From the IMG/VR virus record IMGVR_UViG_3300029923_000009: a DNA stretch of 64,000 nucleotides. One strand, 5' to 3'. Origin of the DNA: a virus. Its lineage: Duplodnaviria > Heunggongvirae > Uroviricota > Caudoviricetes. Below the pieces are notes generated by a model. It made no database searches and was not told the origin of the DNA. It worked only from the letters and a program-made list of their open reading frames with translations. The translations under genes were made by a program, and so were the position numbers. This document shows, one piece after another, positions 54,333-62,142 of the stretch; within the stretch, counting starts at the first letter, position 1, and each line of letters opens with the position of its first letter.

Positions 54333-55319
54333 ATGGATAATCTAATAGAACAAACGCATCAAATAAAAATATATGGAAGAAATATTAGCTATTATAAAAA
54401 AATTGGGTATAATTGTGTTTATGGCGAAATTATAACTGTAACCTCAAGTAATCTAAACCCTTCAACATCTGAAAGAGTTAAGTGTGTTTGCTCTGAATGT
54501 GGAAAAATTGTGGATGTACCTTTTAAACAATATATGAACTGTAAAAAGGGATTTGTATGTTCTAGTAAATGTAAAATGAGAAAAACAAATAGAAATTTAA
54601 AAGATGAATTTGGGGTTACTAATTTCTCTCAATTAAAAGAAATTAAAGAAAAAAAGAAACAATCAGCAATAAAAAAATATGGTGTTGATAATATTTCGCA
54701 ATCTAAAGAAATTAAAGAACAGAAAAAACAATCTTCACTTAGGGTTTATGGTGTTGATAATATATCACAATCTGAGATTATTAAAAAACAGAAAATCACT
54801 ACTTGTAAATTACACTACGGTGTCGAATATGCGCTCCAGTCTACTAAGATTAAGAATAAAATAATTAAGAAATTACAATTAAAATATGGAGACAATATTA
54901 CTAATATTAGTCAAGTTGCGGAAATTATGGATAAAAAATTTTTAACTGGAATATGTGCAAAAAAATATACTCTTCCATCTGGAAGAATAGTAAGTTATCA
55001 AGGTTATGAACATTATGGGTTACAATATTTGTTAGCCAATGGATATGTAGAAGATGATATTGTGATAGGTAATAAAGAAATCGAAAATATAATAGGAAAA
55101 ATTATGTTTTACGATTTAAAAGTAAATAAGAATAGAAGATACTTTCCAGACATTTATATTAAAAGTGAGAATAAAATATACGAAGTAAAATCAACTTACA
55201 CAATAAAATTAAACGTTGATTTAATTAAAATGAAAGAAGATGCCGTTATCAGAGGTGGCTTTCCGCATGAATTTCTTATTTTTGATGCTAAAGGAAATAG
55301 AAAAGAGCATATTATTTAA
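54333..55319 (+). CDS. repeat-containing PD-(D/E)xK nuclease, candidate homing endonuclease (328 aa)
   Basis: N-terminal Cys cluster (CVCSECGK...CSSKC); three tandem ~21-aa repeats (YGVDNISQSKEIKEQKKQS); C-terminal FPDIYI...IYEVKS matches the PD-(D/E)xK core; flanked by terminator 54228-54252. Confidence 0.5.
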   Translation: MDNLIEQTHQIKIYGRNISYYKKIGYNCVYGEIITVTSSNLNPSTSERVKCVCSECGKIVDVPFKQYMNCKKGFVCSSKCKMRKTNRNLKDEFGVTNFSQLKEIKEKKKQSAIKKYGVDNISQSKEIKEQKKQSSLRVYGVDNISQSEIIKKQKITTCKLHYGVEYALQSTKIKNKIIKKLQLKYGDNITNISQVAEIMDKKFLTGICAKKYTLPSGRIVSYQGYEHYGLQYLLANGYVEDDIVIGNKEIENIIGKIMFYDLKVNKNRRYFPDIYIKSENKIYEVKSTYTIKLNVDLIKMKEDAVIRGGFPHEFLIFDAKGNRKEHII

Positions 55320-55356
55320 ATAAAGTTAATTGACTTGTTTTAACCAATAAATTAAA

Positions 55357-55370
55357 GTACATTTGTAATA
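55357..55370 (+). promoter_or_regulatory. class-II promoter core GTACATTTGTAATA
   Basis: 22 nt before ATG 55392 (HAD phosphatase). Confidence 0.45.
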
Positions 55371-55391
55371 TAATTTAAATATGTAAAATTT

Positions 55392-55949
55392 ATGAAGTAC
55401 CTATTTCTTGATTTTGATGGTGTTTTAAACGTTATACCCGAAGGATTTGATGATTTTGGTTCGATATTTCATAAACATTTTGTGTCAAATCTTAAACGAA
55501 TAATTGATGAGACTGATTGTAAGATCATAATTACATCTTCTTGGAGACAAAGTGGTTTAAAATTTATTCAAGATATGTGGGGATTTAGAAATTATCCAGG
55601 GGAAATACTTGATGTGACACCTACACTACGGTTACAAAAAGGTGGTTCTATTCAATTTTGGAATGATAAATTATCAAGGCACCCAACAGAATCAATTGGT
55701 GGATATTCAATACCAAGAGGGTGTGAAATAGAATATTGGCTCAATCACGAAAGTGAAAAATTTGGAGAAATTGAATCGTGGGCTTGTGTTGACGACGACA
55801 CAGATTTTTTATTTAACCAAAAAGATAACTATGTTCAATGTAGCGAAAACCATGATCACATAGATAAAATAGATTACGGTTACGGTTTAACAGATATATG
55901 TACACAAAAGGTAATTGATATTCTAAATAATGTTAAAATAATTGCTTAA
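55392..55949 (+). CDS. HAD-superfamily phosphatase (185 aa)
   Basis: Motif I FLDFDGVLN (DxDGV), motif II IIITSSW, motif IV CVDDDTD; class-II promoter 55357-55370. Confidence 0.7.
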   Translation: MKYLFLDFDGVLNVIPEGFDDFGSIFHKHFVSNLKRIIDETDCKIIITSSWRQSGLKFIQDMWGFRNYPGEILDVTPTLRLQKGGSIQFWNDKLSRHPTESIGGYSIPRGCEIEYWLNHESEKFGEIESWACVDDDTDFLFNQKDNYVQCSENHDHIDKIDYGYGLTDICTQKVIDILNNVKIIA

Positions 55950-55974
55950 ATCGATTATTTAAATTATCTTTGCA

Positions 55975-55983
55975 TTATAAAAT
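55975..55983 (+). promoter_or_regulatory. -7 box TATCTTTGC
   Basis: 17 nt before ATG 56000. Confidence 0.4.
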
Positions 55984-55999
55984 TAAATAATAACTTATT

Positions 56000-56248
56000 A
56001 TGGAAAAAGAAGAAATTAAATGGGTATTTGAAGAGGCTAAAATAGTTATTGAAAATAGACCAAGAACATATATTGAATGGTATGAACCTCATAATGTATT
56101 GGTTGGTGAAATGGTTCATATGAGATATGAACGAAGAGATTTTGGTGGTGGACTTATTAGCTATGTTAACACATATAATAATATAGCTACAGTTGATGAA
56201 GGTAAATTTTTCGATGCTTTAGAAAATTTATATCAATTAAACAAATAA
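56000..56248 (+). CDS. hypothetical protein (82 aa)
   Basis: ATG ORF; -7 box 55975-55983. Confidence 0.5.
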   Translation: MEKEEIKWVFEEAKIVIENRPRTYIEWYEPHNVLVGEMVHMRYERRDFGGGLISYVNTYNNIATVDEGKFFDALENLYQLNK

Positions 56249-56262
56249 AAAGTAAAAATGTT

Positions 56263-56511
56263 ATGGAACAAAAAGTATTTAAAACGGTTGAAGAAATAAA
56301 GAATTGGTGGTACACGAACGAAGGTTCTCATTATAGTTTTAGTGGTTTACTAACTTATGTAGAACGATCAATATGTGAATATCCTGTTAAGCCAAATAAA
56401 CCTACTCTTTCACAAAAACATTCAGCTAATATGGCATCAGAATATGCTAAAGAACTATTAGTATATGAGAATGAATTACTTCAATCATATCAAAGTGAAT
56501 TAAAAAAATAA
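56263..56511 (+). CDS. hypothetical protein (82 aa)
   Basis: ATG ORF. Confidence 0.5.
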   Translation: MEQKVFKTVEEIKNWWYTNEGSHYSFSGLLTYVERSICEYPVKPNKPTLSQKHSANMASEYAKELLVYENELLQSYQSELKK

Positions 56512-56519
56512 TTTATATT

Positions 56520-56933
56520 ATGGAAAAAATAGATGAAGATAAAACAGATTATTTTGTAACAAGAACATCTTTGACGGATGTGATTGCAACTACCGAATAT
56601 TTTGAAGCTGTCGAGAATGCTTTAGATACTAGGAATGAAGATTCCACATTTTTTGAAATTGATATTAACGGTGGGTTATATAAACATATTTGCCCTGTTT
56701 ATATCGATGAAATGATTAAAATACTTACCACTATTAAAGAAGATGGTTGTAATTTCGCCCAAATAGTATATCATTCTGATCATTTGTGTTGTGAGCTTAT
56801 TGGATTAGAAATTAGACGATCAACTCCTGATGAGATAGATATGCATATTAAATATGAAAAATCAGAAAAAGAGAAAGAAAAACAAATCATAGAATTAGAA
56901 AAACAAATCAGAGAAATCAAAAAGTCAATATAA
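56520..56933 (+). CDS. hypothetical protein (137 aa)
   Basis: ATG ORF; C-terminal EKEKEKQIIELEKQIREIKK coiled-coil. Confidence 0.5.
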   Translation: MEKIDEDKTDYFVTRTSLTDVIATTEYFEAVENALDTRNEDSTFFEIDINGGLYKHICPVYIDEMIKILTTIKEDGCNFAQIVYHSDHLCCELIGLEIRRSTPDEIDMHIKYEKSEKEKEKQIIELEKQIREIKKSI

Positions 56934-56975
56934 ATATATTGATATAGTATTAATTTAAAAAATAAAAAATATAGA

Positions 56976-57605
56976 ATGAATAATTTATTTATAGTTTTCA
57001 CGGTACTATGCGTACTAACAGTTTCGGTATTATACATACTTGGGTATTTTACTTTTTTAGTTAAAAAAATTTCCTTGACTAATTGGTTATTTATTGGTCT
57101 TGGTGTATTATTACTTTCAAATTTTATCTTATTAATAGGTAAAGCGAGTGAGGTGAATGAAAAATTAAATTTAGTCATAAAGGCACCTAAAGAATTTTTA
57201 ACAACAATAAAAAAAGATTCGACTATTTCGGATGCTAAACTATACCAGTATCTTCTTAAAACAAGGGTTGGAAACCCTGAAATTATATTTTGTCAAGCTA
57301 AACATGAATCATCTTCTTACAGTTCACCTTTATATTTAAGAGCAAATAACTTGTTTGGTATGAAAATATCGAATTCAAGAGTTTGTGTTGGTGGTGCAGA
57401 AAGCGGTGAATTTCAGAAATATAGTAATTGGAAAGAATCGGTAACGGACTATATTATATATGGGTTTGAAAATAATTTAAATACACTTTCACAGGCTGAA
57501 TATCTAAGATTTTTATCAACAGGTGTTTATGGTAGTGATCCACAATATACTAATAAAATCAGTAAAATGATCAAAGAAACAGATTTTAAAAAATTAGAAA
57601 ACTAA
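56976..57605 (+). CDS. membrane-anchored N-acetylglucosaminidase (FlgJ/glucosaminidase-domain) peptidoglycan hydrolase (209 aa)
   Basis: Two N-terminal TM helices; FCQAKHESSSYSSPLYLRANNLFGMK matches the glucosaminidase-domain signature (QAxxESgwg.S.La...NNlFGiK). Confidence 0.65.
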   Translation: MNNLFIVFTVLCVLTVSVLYILGYFTFLVKKISLTNWLFIGLGVLLLSNFILLIGKASEVNEKLNLVIKAPKEFLTTIKKDSTISDAKLYQYLLKTRVGNPEIIFCQAKHESSSYSSPLYLRANNLFGMKISNSRVCVGGAESGEFQKYSNWKESVTDYIIYGFENNLNTLSQAEYLRFLSTGVYGSDPQYTNKISKMIKETDFKKLEN

Positions 57606-57608
57606 AAT

Positions 57609-57794
57609 ATGGAAAGTAATTTTAAATATCATATATTCGAATATCCTTACGGTACAACCCGTTATAATCAAATATTAGAGGATAAATTAAATGAAATGGG
57701 AAATATGGGTTATAAGGTTATTTCAAGTCAATTGAAGCCTTTTAAAAATGTAACAAGTAATGCATATGAAATGATTGTAATATTTGAAAAATAA
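57609..57794 (+). CDS. hypothetical protein (61 aa)
   Basis: ATG ORF. Confidence 0.45.
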   Translation: MESNFKYHIFEYPYGTTRYNQILEDKLNEMGNMGYKVISSQLKPFKNVTSNAYEMIVIFEK

Positions 57795-57803
57795 ATAATT
57801 TTA

Positions 57804-58064
57804 ATGAAATTAATAAAGAAGAAAATAAAATCTGATAGGGTTATAACTGACTCAATTATTGGTAAGTGGATAAAGTTAACCAAAATATATTTATATGAGC
57901 ATTACTATGAAACGGATGAATTTTATATTGTTACATATAGAGTTTTACCAACTGCTGGTTTAGAATATATGATTGTTCGAAAAGATGATAATATCATAAT
58001 AAAACAAGATATGCAAGATATGAAACTACCTAAAAAAATAATTTCATTATTAGAACAATTTTAG
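57804..58064 (+). CDS. hypothetical protein (86 aa)
   Basis: ATG ORF. Confidence 0.45.
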   Translation: MKLIKKKIKSDRVITDSIIGKWIKLTKIYLYEHYYETDEFYIVTYRVLPTAGLEYMIVRKDDNIIIKQDMQDMKLPKKIISLLEQF

Positions 58065-58098
58065 GGTTAATTGTTTTGCTTAAATCAATTAATTTACT

Positions 58099-58107
58099 TA
58101 TCTTTGT
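58099..58107 (+). promoter_or_regulatory. -7 box TATCTTTGT
   Basis: 50 nt before ATG 58157. Confidence 0.45.
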
Positions 58108-58156
58108 ATTATAAAATTATTAAACAGATAAAAACAATTTAAAAAATTAAAACATT

Positions 58157-58435
58157 ATGGAGTTTGTATGTGAAGAAATCAGGAATTTGATTATTAACAA
58201 GTCATTAGAAAAATACAGTATTACCGTTAAGGACATTAAAAAGTTTAAAAATGCATCCGTCAACGGTGTTCATTGGCAAGAGAATTATACATTAACAGAA
58301 AATGAATATAAAAACTGGTTTCATTCATGTATTAACACTTTGGAAGAAAAATTTCCTGAAATGCATCCAGATATGGTTAAAACAAAATTCTTATATGAAT
58401 ATGCGTCTGTTTATGCTTTAAAAATTGAAGAATAG
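58157..58435 (+). CDS. hypothetical protein (92 aa)
   Basis: ATG ORF; early promoter -7 box 58099-58107. Confidence 0.5.
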   Translation: MEFVCEEIRNLIINKSLEKYSITVKDIKKFKNASVNGVHWQENYTLTENEYKNWFHSCINTLEEKFPEMHPDMVKTKFLYEYASVYALKIEE

Positions 58436-58587
58436 TGGGTCAGGAGAAATACTATCATAAATTTGATGAACTTACTGATATTTGTTTAATATGTGACATT
58501 TCAAAGCGAAAAATACCATATGTTGGAGACGGTATAACCGAAGAAATTACGGTAAATTTATTACTGAATATTCATTCGATAAAGTAG
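58435..58587 (+). CDS. possible small Cys-containing ORF with GTG start (50 aa)
   Basis: GTG overlaps the upstream TAG (TAGTG); CLIC plus other Cys; speculative. Confidence 0.25.
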   Translation: MGQEKYYHKFDELTDICLICDISKRKIPYVGDGITEEITVNLLLNIHSIK

Positions 58588-58631
58588 TGTATACTAAAGA
58601 ATTTATTAATTGTAAACCAAAATAATAATAT

Positions 58632-58904
58632 ATGGAGCTGAACGATTTAATAGGTAAAAACTTCAAATATATCTCCAAATATGGTGATAAGAAGGAATGT
58701 GACTGGATTGGAACTGTTGAAAATTGTATAATAATCCAAGAATGTAGAGGTTCCAAATGGGAAATGTTTAAACCAGTTATTAAAATAAAATCAGTTGCTG
58801 GACCAGTATATGAATTAAATGAATTAATATTTTTTACATTTAAACCCAAAGTAGATACTCATTTGAGTACTGAAAATAAAAATAACTTATTAATAATAAA
58901 ATAA
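58632..58904 (+). CDS. hypothetical protein (90 aa)
   Basis: ATG ORF; contains a TACTCA-TT-TGAGTA palindrome near its 3' end. Confidence 0.5.
   Translation: MELNDLIGKNFKYISKYGDKKECDWIGTVENCIIIQECRGSKWEMFKPVIKIKSVAGPVYELNELIFFTFKPKVDTHLSTENKNNLLIIK
58856..58869. repeat. TACTCA-NN-TGAGTA palindrome (copy 6, intragenic)
   Basis: TACTCATTTGAGTA inside the 3' end of ORF 58632-58904. Confidence 0.4.
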
Positions 58905-58922
58905 TAGATTATATAATATAAT

Positions 58923-59186
58923 ATGACAGAAGAAAAACTTAAAGAAATGCTCCAAAATAGATATCGCGATACAAAGTCGTATTGGAGTTTAGCACCTGTA
59001 GATTCAAAATATGCCGAAATGGTAATTGATGTTATGAAAGACGTTTATAATCAGGGCGTATCCGACGCGATAAATAATGCTAAATTAATAGATAAAAAAA
59101 TAGAATACGATGGTGTTAGGGCTGGTGGTTATCATATCGAACGTGTTATAGATGAAGATTCAATTTTAAAACTATTAATGTCATGA
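58923..59186 (+). CDS. hypothetical protein (87 aa)
   Basis: ATG ORF. Confidence 0.5.
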   Translation: MTEEKLKEMLQNRYRDTKSYWSLAPVDSKYAEMVIDVMKDVYNQGVSDAINNAKLIDKKIEYDGVRAGGYHIERVIDEDSILKLLMS

Positions 59187-59425
59187 AAAAATTAATACCA
59201 CTTATTTTTGCTATTTTACTATTTTCCTCGTGTACAAAGGATTTATCAAAAGTTTATGACTATGAGGTTATTGATACAACTTATGTCGCAAAAAATGGTT
59301 ATGGAACTATACTCGATTATATAGTTATTATTAAAATTGATACCACATATTATTCAGCTACTATAGATAATTATAGTAGATTAGTTGAAATAAATAAAAA
59401 ACTTAAAATTAAAAATCTAAAATAA
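59183..59425 (+). CDS. lipoprotein (80 aa)
   Basis: MKKLIPLIFAILLFSSC signal peptide with lipobox Cys; ATGA overlap. Confidence 0.5.
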   Translation: MKKLIPLIFAILLFSSCTKDLSKVYDYEVIDTTYVAKNGYGTILDYIVIIKIDTTYYSATIDNYSRLVEINKKLKIKNLK

Positions 59426-59429
59426 AATT

Positions 59430-59678
59430 ATGAATTCACTATCTTATTTATTACGATCTCTTATGGGATTGGATGTTCCAGCTCAAAAAAAATGTAAAAT
59501 TTGTAAAACTATTATACCATTAAATGGTGAACATTTAGATACATATAAATGCTCGGTTAAAACAATTGGTTTTGATGAAACAGGTGTACAAATTGAAACA
59601 AAAGAAGATGTTAATTATCGTATTGTGCAATGTCCTAACTGTTTAAATGAAATTAAATTATATTCACTTCAAAAATAA
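59430..59678 (+). CDS. zinc-ribbon protein (82 aa)
   Basis: CKIC ... CPNC. Confidence 0.5.
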   Translation: MNSLSYLLRSLMGLDVPAQKKCKICKTIIPLNGEHLDTYKCSVKTIGFDETGVQIETKEDVNYRIVQCPNCLNEIKLYSLQK

Positions 59679-59681
59679 TCT

Positions 59682-59921
59682 ATGGAAAACTTCATTGAAT
59701 TAACTAAATTCGTTGATCGTTTAAAAAAGATTGGTATTAATCTTAATTTATGTGCTAATTTTCCGTGGATTTATATTGATAAAATTAATAATAAAAAAGT
59801 TGTTGAAAAATTCCAAGCAAATCATGGTTTTACACTTGGTTATTATCCAATAAAACGTGATGGGGATTTTAAATTTAGTGATTTGAATGAAATATTTAAA
59901 CTAATTAGAAAATACAAATAA
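59682..59921 (+). CDS. hypothetical protein (79 aa)
   Basis: ATG ORF. Confidence 0.5.
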   Translation: MENFIELTKFVDRLKKIGINLNLCANFPWIYIDKINNKKVVEKFQANHGFTLGYYPIKRDGDFKFSDLNEIFKLIRKYK

Positions 59922-59924
59922 TAT

Positions 59925-60605
59925 ATGGAAAATTATAAGATAATCACTGACGAAGTTGCTTTGTGTAATTTTATAGATTGGTTGCCAGAGTTAGAAGATG
60001 GGGAGGGATACTATGTTACATTATTATGTCGTAATAAATATACCGATAAATTATTAAAAGATAAGGTTCAATTGAAGAGAATAACATCAAATAAAGAATT
60101 TTTATTTGATAAAATTAAACAAATGGAATGTGAACTTGGCACATATAAATACAAAGGTGAACCAATTCCTGTTGAATCAATGTGTTTATATATCACACCA
60201 AACCCAAGAAGTTACGAGAAAGCTGGTAAGAATTTAGCTAAAAAGTTAATAGATTTATGTTTTGATAAATATAGCGGATATAACCCACAAGCTGAAGCAT
60301 TAACAGCTATCCAAAAAGCTTGTAGTAGAACTGTTTTTATGGATTTTGACTTTGATAATACAACTATTGAAGAAATGAAGTCAAGTATTGTTGAAGTAAT
60401 TAACGAGAGTGCAATAACTTTTGTGCAAACTCACGGGGGATTTCACGTTCTTATTGAAGTATCAAAGATTGAAGATAAATATAAAAAGACTTATTATAAT
60501 GGTATAACTAAATTACCTAATTGTGATGCCAGGGGTGACGGATTACTGCCCATATGTGGCTGTTTTCAAGGAGGAGTAACCCCACTATTAATTAAGGCTA
60601 TTTAG
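59925..60605 (+). CDS. hypothetical protein (226 aa)
   Basis: ATG ORF. Confidence 0.55.
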   Translation: MENYKIITDEVALCNFIDWLPELEDGEGYYVTLLCRNKYTDKLLKDKVQLKRITSNKEFLFDKIKQMECELGTYKYKGEPIPVESMCLYITPNPRSYEKAGKNLAKKLIDLCFDKYSGYNPQAEALTAIQKACSRTVFMDFDFDNTTIEEMKSSIVEVINESAITFVQTHGGFHVLIEVSKIEDKYKKTYYNGITKLPNCDARGDGLLPICGCFQGGVTPLLIKAI

Positions 60606-60689
60606 AATAATTTATAAATAACAAGTTTTTGGAAATTAATTTAAATAAAAACGTGAATAAATTCCATTCCCGTATATTTATAAATAGAA

Positions 60690-60869
60690 ATGAATATGAA
60701 AAATAAAAAAACAACAATTAATTTTACGATTGATCCAGATCTAAAATATGATTTTATTAAAATTAGTGATGAATTTGGTTTTAATAGATCTAAAATGATT
60801 TCTAATTTTATTAGAAAATGGTGTGAAGAAAATAAGAGTATTAACAATTTAAAGAATGACGAAAGATGA
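60690..60869 (+). CDS. putative ribbon-helix-helix (Arc/CopG-like) DNA-binding protein (59 aa)
   Basis: ATG ORF absent from the track, which shows a minus-strand ORF here; TTINFTIDPDLKYDFIKISDEFGFNRSKMISNFIRKW fits a beta-strand + two-helix RHH pattern; its stop overlaps the start of 60856 by 14 nt. Confidence 0.4.
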   Translation: MNMKNKKTTINFTIDPDLKYDFIKISDEFGFNRSKMISNFIRKWCEENKSINNLKNDER

Positions 60870-62142
60870 ATTTATTAAAAAAGCAAAAGCAAAACATGGT
60901 GACAAATATGATTATTCACTGGTTGAATATGTAAAATCAAATATCAAAGTAATCATAATTTGTCCAGAACATGGCGAATTTTTACAATTACCAAATTCCC
61001 ATTTGGTGGGTAATGGGTGTAACAAATGTGGAATAAAATTAAAAAGTGATAAACTTAGGCACAACAATGATATTTTTATCTCTAAAGCAATTGTGATACA
61101 TGGAGATAAATATAATTATACTAAGATAGATTATAAAAATGCTCAAACTAAAGTATGTATCATTTGTCCTATACATGGTGAATTTTGGCAAACACCAAGT
61201 GATCATTTACAAGGTAGGGGATGTTCTATGTGTGGAAATGTTAATAGATCTTTAAGCAAAACTAATAATACTGAATACTTTATTAAAAAATCTAATAAAA
61301 AACATAATTTTAAATATGATTATTCCAAGACTAATTATGTAAATAGTGAGAGTGACGTATGTATAGTTTGCCCAGAACATGGGGAGTTTTATCAAAAAGC
61401 TAATTCACACATGATTGGTTATGGATGTTCTAAATGTGGCGGAAACTTTATGGATTTAGATACATTCATTGAAAAATCTAAAGAAAAACATAATAATAAA
61501 TTCACATATGAAAATGTTGATTACATAAATTCAATAATTAAAGTAGATATAACATGCCCGATTCATGGCGAATTTTGGCAAACACCAAATAGTCATTTAG
61601 ATGGTAAAGGATGCCCTAAGTGTTCAGGTAGTTATATGGATTATAATTATTTTATTGAAAAAACAAAACTAATTCATAGAGATAAATATGATTATTCAAA
61701 GGTAGAATATAAAGGAACCAATATAAAGGTTAAAATAATATGCCCTATTCACGGAGAATTTTGGCAAACACCTCATAATCATTTAAAAGGTCAGGGATGT
61801 CCTAAATGTAATGAAAGTAAAGGTGAAAAAATTGTAAATCAAACATTAACAAATTTTAAACTTAAATTTATTCGGGAACATAAATTTGATGATTGTAGAT
61901 ATAAATATTCTCTCCCATTTGATTTTTATATTCCTAAATATAATACTTGTATTGAATACGATGGGGAACAACATTATAAACAAGTAGATAGATTTGGTGG
62001 AATAGAAGGTTTTGAATCAATTCAAAGAAATGATAAAATAAAAACCCAATATTGCCTTGATAATAATATTAAGTTAATTAGAATTCCTTATACGGAATTT
62101 AATAATATAGAAGAAATATTAAATAAAGAAATTTATGATTGA
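60856..62142 (+). CDS. multi-zinc-finger protein with C-terminal Vsr/DUF559-like PD-(D/E)xK nuclease domain, candidate homing endonuclease (428 aa)
   Basis: Five tandem ~45-aa modules (CPxHGEFxQxPxxHLxGxGCxKCg); C-terminus PFDFYIPKYNTCIEYDGEQHY...QRNDKIKTQYCLDNNIKLIRIP matches the DUF559 very-short-patch-repair-like endonuclease pattern. Confidence 0.65.
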   Translation: MTKDEFIKKAKAKHGDKYDYSLVEYVKSNIKVIIICPEHGEFLQLPNSHLVGNGCNKCGIKLKSDKLRHNNDIFISKAIVIHGDKYNYTKIDYKNAQTKVCIICPIHGEFWQTPSDHLQGRGCSMCGNVNRSLSKTNNTEYFIKKSNKKHNFKYDYSKTNYVNSESDVCIVCPEHGEFYQKANSHMIGYGCSKCGGNFMDLDTFIEKSKEKHNNKFTYENVDYINSIIKVDITCPIHGEFWQTPNSHLDGKGCPKCSGSYMDYNYFIEKTKLIHRDKYDYSKVEYKGTNIKVKIICPIHGEFWQTPHNHLKGQGCPKCNESKGEKIVNQTLTNFKLKFIREHKFDDCRYKYSLPFDFYIPKYNTCIEYDGEQHYKQVDRFGGIEGFESIQRNDKIKTQYCLDNNIKLIRIPYTEFNNIEEILNKEIYD

